This document shows, piece by piece, positions 62,519 through 64,000 of a stretch of 64,000 nt of DNA. The notes below the pieces were generated by a model. It had not been told where the DNA came from. It did not search any database and saw only the letters and a program-made list of their open reading frames with translations. Each line of letters opens with the position of its first letter. Position 1 is the first letter of the stretch. The stretch spans positions 160,001-224,000 of the forward strand of contig CAVYSY010000031.1 in assembly GCA_963771175.1 (NCBI GenBank), written 5' to 3'. The translations under genes were made by a program, and so were the position numbers. The DNA comes from an uncultured delta proteobacterium (lineage in GTDB: Bacteria; Myxococcota; Myxococcia; Myxococcales; Myxococcaceae).

Positions 62519-62602
62519 AGGCTCATCCGTCGCCCGCCTGCGCCTCGCCGCGCCCGAGCCCCGGGTGCCCGCACGGGGCCCAATCGTGCTAGATGCGCGC
62601 CC

Positions 62603-64000
<1,398 letters not shown>

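Overview
High-GC myxobacterial chromosome segment; the gene content and paralogous families suggest Cystobacterineae (Archangium/Cystobacter-like). A core backbone (hemW, M16 peptidase, prmA, rsmE, RDD protein, frgA/frgB/frgC-like, rsgA, oligopeptidase A, acyl-CoA carboxylase beta) is interspersed with accessory modules. These are: (i) left end, a Ser/Thr kinase - DUF2381 - lipoprotein HNH-type toxin - immunity cassette; (ii) a ~5.6 kb gene that appears to encode a MYXO-CTERM surface adhesin and a TraB-like beta-barrel/TSP3/OmpA protein in one reading frame, joined by an internal second signal peptide (candidate polyprotein); (iii) a fimU-pilV-pilW-pilX-pilY1 minor pilin cluster; (iv) right end, a DUF2380 lipoprotein toxin - immunity pair. 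Both toxin cassettes are bordered on their right by the same 20-bp palindrome (ACTTCTGGACGTCCAGAAGT). Many genes, including housekeeping ones, carry single-base frameshifts in patches, most likely long-read assembly errors, so those gene models were stitched by eye across frames. All family assignments are by motif recognition only; no database searches were run. No rRNA, tRNA, CRISPR array or transposase was recognised.
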